Shown here one piece after another: positions 62,730 to 64,000 of a stretch of DNA of 64,000 nucleotides; the first letter of the stretch is position 1, and each line of letters begins with the position of its first letter. Position numbers and translations under genes: made by a program. The notes below the pieces were generated by a model. It saw nothing but the letters and a program-made list of their open reading frames with translations. It ran no database searches and was not told the origin of the DNA. The stretch is taken from contig CM052818.1 in assembly GCA_028534125.1 (NCBI GenBank), positions 44,394,001-44,458,000 of the forward strand, read 5' to 3'. The stretch is from Lama glama (taxonomy: Eukaryota).

Positions 62730-63990
62730 CTGCTGAGTTCTTACCCTGCCTGATGCCAAATGCCTTACACACATTATCTCAACTCACCGTCACAATACCC
62801 ACAAAGCAGGGTTTGTAGTTATCCTCAATTTTCAAATGGAAAAGCTGAAGAGTCAGGAGACTGAAAAATGTTAAATGGTGAAGCTGAGATTCACACCCTA
62901 GCCATCTATGTCTGGAGCCAGCCCTCTTCAGATTCTACTGCCTTCTGCAGGTCAGAGGGGCCATCAGAGCGCTTTTAAACAGGAAATTGACATGAAGAGA
63001 CCAGCATTTTCTCTGCTTTTTCTGTAAACTGAGAATAGGCAGAGCTGGGAGAGCTGGAGTCAGGGAGGTCCCTGGCTAATCCAACAGTCCATTCAGAAGG
63101 TGAAGAAGAAAGGAAAGGTTGTCCTAAGGGTGGAGGGGCTGGAAGTACCAGAAACAGATGTGAGAGATTGGATTGATACAGATTGGTGACTGTTTAAATG
63201 TGAGGCCTCAAGTCACCGGCAGGGGCCAAGCACAACTCTTGGGTTTCCAGCTCTGGTGGGTGGAAGCAACAGAGCCTGAAGTCCTCCGTGCAGGAGAAGC
63301 AGGTCTGGGAGGCAAGATGATGAATTCTGTTTGGGGACGCTCACTGACGTTCAAGTGAAGACAAAGCAAATTTTGCATACAAAGAGGCAACGGAGTGCAG
63401 GAGGGCACTGGAGCCAGACTGCCTGGCAATGAATCGTAATTTCCAAAAGCTCTGGGACTGAGGGCAAATCAGTTAATGCACGTAAAATACTGCCTGGCAC
63501 ACAGAAAGAAACCAAGAAGTGTTAGCTATTAGTATGATTACACAACCAACTGAAATTAAAATAGGGAGTGGCACAAAGTTGCTCTGAAAGCACTGCTTCC
63601 TCCGTGCACCCCATCTCTGAACCACATCTTAGATGCTGCTGCTTTGAAACTGCTTAGGGGTAGCAGAGGTGCCAAAAGGAATTAAAGAAACCCACCTGAA
63701 ACAGGTCCCTTCCACTGCGTTCCTAAGGTCAGCCCTGTTCCCCTCAGTCCACAGGGGCAGAAGCGCCTCTATTTTCATATTTTGCTCTTTGCTTATTCTG
63801 CTGGGTGGGGTAATCATGTCATATTTGAATTTGGAACTAACTCTTCTAGGCAACTTTTTAGATGTGACTGAGTCAGTCCTGGCCTCATCAGTGGGAAAAC
63901 CGCACCCTCCTGAACTTCAACCAGTTTTGCTGACTTACGTTCCCCATGGAGAAAGTGCAAAGGTGGAGAATTAACATTTACTAAGAACTG
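62730..63990. mobile_element. MIR (- 62730-62930), L2 (- 62950-63370), MIR fragments (+ 63390-63540; + 63830-63990)
   Basis: tgccttacacacattatctca; ggcaagatgatgaattctgtttggggac; gggcactggagccagactgcctgg; ctaggcaactttttagatgtgactgagtcag. Confidence 0.7.
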
Positions 63991-64000
63991 ACACTGGGGA

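Noticed and set aside
1..64000. CRISPR array, prokaryotic operon or foreign insert
   Set aside because: No regularly spaced direct repeats, no long ORFs and no compositional discontinuity; mammalian repeats run throughout.

Overview
This is non-coding mammalian (eutherian) genomic DNA, either a large intron or an intergenic stretch. It is most likely camelid: there is a Vic-1-type tRNA-derived SINE at 56881-57019 and several cetartiodactyl/camelid-type L1 3' ends. I found no supportable host protein-coding exon, RNA gene or CRISPR array. The only ORFs resembling known proteins are LINE-1 ORF2 relics. The window is dense in ancient MIR and L2 fragments (about 40 MIR pieces by eye) and also holds old L1M fragments, MaLR/ERVL/ERV1 LTRs, hAT MITEs and seven short, younger L1 insertions with target-site duplications (TSDs), two of them twin-priming inversions. 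The most unusual object is a 2.0-kb LTR element at 22672-24678. It has a MaLR internal region flanked by two different LTR families (ERVL-type MLT2 at its 5' end, MaLR-type MLT1 at its 3' end) inside one apparent 5-bp TSD. Several repeat-free, motif-rich blocks are candidate enhancers. Repeat family names come from recalled consensus motifs, not a database search, so subfamily calls and the boundaries of old elements are approximate.
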